From contig JADGIF010000484.1 of assembly GCA_018985225.1 (NCBI GenBank), positions 1-7,793 on the forward strand: a DNA stretch of 7,793 nt, in the 5' to 3' direction. Each line of letters starts with the position of its first letter. The stretch's first letter is position 1. Made by a program: the position numbers and the translations under genes. Source of the DNA: Amoeboradix gromovi X-113. Taxonomy: Eukaryota > Fungi > Sanchytriomycota. The notes below the pieces were generated by a model. It was not told where the DNA came from. It made no database searches and was given only the letters and a program-made list of their open reading frames with translations. This document shows, piece after piece, positions 6,830-7,793 of the stretch.

Positions 6830-7793
6830 ATGGAGAAAGAAATTGATGAAGAGGTGGAAAACAAACCATTCGAGACCATTTCCAAATCCAAAACATGGAA
6901 ATCTTTTGGAGGAATAAGTAATCCTATCTACAACCCAAATAGCTATTTAAAACCTCTTGAAATGTGGAAAGATGAATCTGAGCGACTTCAGGGGATTTTA
7001 GAATACAAATATGCTTTTAGAGCTGCCATTCGTCCCACGGATATCTTGAAATCTAATTTCCCTACAAGTTTCCTTCTGGATTTGACACAAGTGACAATTG
7101 AAGAAATTGTAAATTCAATTACTGGTTTGATTGTAGTAGACAAGGAGGACTCTGCACAAAACACAATCACATTATCTGAATTGGTCATGGAGAATAGTAA
7201 AACAGATATAGCTGAGGCTGTAGTTCGAGTCGAGGAGGGCCAATTGACTTGCAACTGCAAACATTTTGCAACGCCACGCAAAATGCCACAAAAGAAGAAA
7301 AGATCCAGATTGTCCAAATTTTGCAGGCATTGTTTCTTTGTTTCTCATGTCATAATGAAAAGAGATGCTGAATATATTTTAGACTTCACTTGCAATGATA
7401 ATTTTTCATCCTTCTTTGTTGTACATGGCCACTTTGATGTACATAGTCAAATTCACAAGGACCGGAGCATTGCTGATCTAGTGTGGTGTCCAGTTTGTGA
7501 ACAACTGCTATTAAAGTCAGAATTAGAATCTTATAGAGACAGGAACAACTGCGTATTCCATTGCTCTGTATATTTAAAGACTTTTTTATATTACAAGGAA
7601 AAGAAACAGAAAATGAACAACAAGGTTTATTTGTCAGAATTTGGTCTGTTTAATAATCAATTTATCCAAGATATTTCTGATATGGATCCCTTGATGATAA
7701 ACCATTGGGGTCTATTGCCCATCCTAGTTGATATTGAAGATAAAAGCATCATATTCAATGCCAAGGCCTACAAACAATGGCAACTATATCTGG
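6830..7793 (+). CDS. SWIM zinc-finger protein with a degenerate RING-like segment (3'-partial, at least 321 codons)
   Basis: ATG at 6830 (CAAAAC ATG G) and no stop to the window end: MEKEIDEEVENKPF...VVRVEEGQLTCNCKHF-(x)-KFCRHCFFVSHVIMK...WCPVCEQLL...NNCVFHC...QWQLYL. SWIM pattern C141-x-C143-x21-C165-x-H167 at 7250-7330. Absent from the ORF track because it runs off the window. Confidence 0.85.
   Translation, partial: MEKEIDEEVENKPFETISKSKTWKSFGGISNPIYNPNSYLKPLEMWKDESERLQGILEYKYAFRAAIRPTDILKSNFPTSFLLDLTQVTIEEIVNSITGLIVVDKEDSAQNTITLSELVMENSKTDIAEAVVRVEEGQLTCNCKHFATPRKMPQKKKRSRLSKFCRHCFFVSHVIMKRDAEYILDFTCNDNFSSFFVVHGHFDVHSQIHKDRSIADLVWCPVCEQLLLKSELESYRDRNNCVFHCSVYLKTFLYYKEKKQKMNNKVYLSEFGLFNNQFIQDISDMDPLMINHWGLLPILVDIEDKSIIFNAKAYKQWQLYL

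Noticed and set aside
6988-7317. 109-aa minus-strand ORF
   Set aside because: Antisense to the longer SWIM-containing frame, with a non-ATG start.
1-7793. Stop-codon reassignment (TAA/TAG read as Gln)
   Set aside because: The long conserved frames contain no internal stops and GUT2 ends at TAA where expected.

Overview
AT-rich, very gene-dense eukaryotic DNA in the standard genetic code. It looks like a fungal or early-diverging fungal-relative genome with reduced architecture, but that taxonomy is inference only. Recognisable genes are a DHHC palmitoyltransferase (358-1137 +), an FAD-dependent glycerol-3-phosphate dehydrogenase GUT2/GPD2 (1870-3625 +), a compact ECO1/CTF7 cohesin acetyltransferase (4279-4833 +), and a SWIM-zinc-finger protein (6830 to window end, +) that the ORF track missed because it has no stop in the window. 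Two orphan minus-strand ORFs lie at 4860-5402 and 5529-5720. The main signals are: (1) a 19-nt GT-AG intron with an ACTAAC branch point fused to the 3' splice site, which joins the two GUT2 ORFs; (2) a recurring TTTYAT...CCC(C) element just upstream of four start codons; (3) three copies of a 21-27 bp motif in 5416-6500, one preceding the 180-aa orphan and another preceding an apparent decayed paralog of it; (4) AATAAA signals overlapping stop codons, and a 14-bp palindrome supplying AATAAA to both convergent genes. No rRNA, tRNA, CRISPR array or transposase was recognised.
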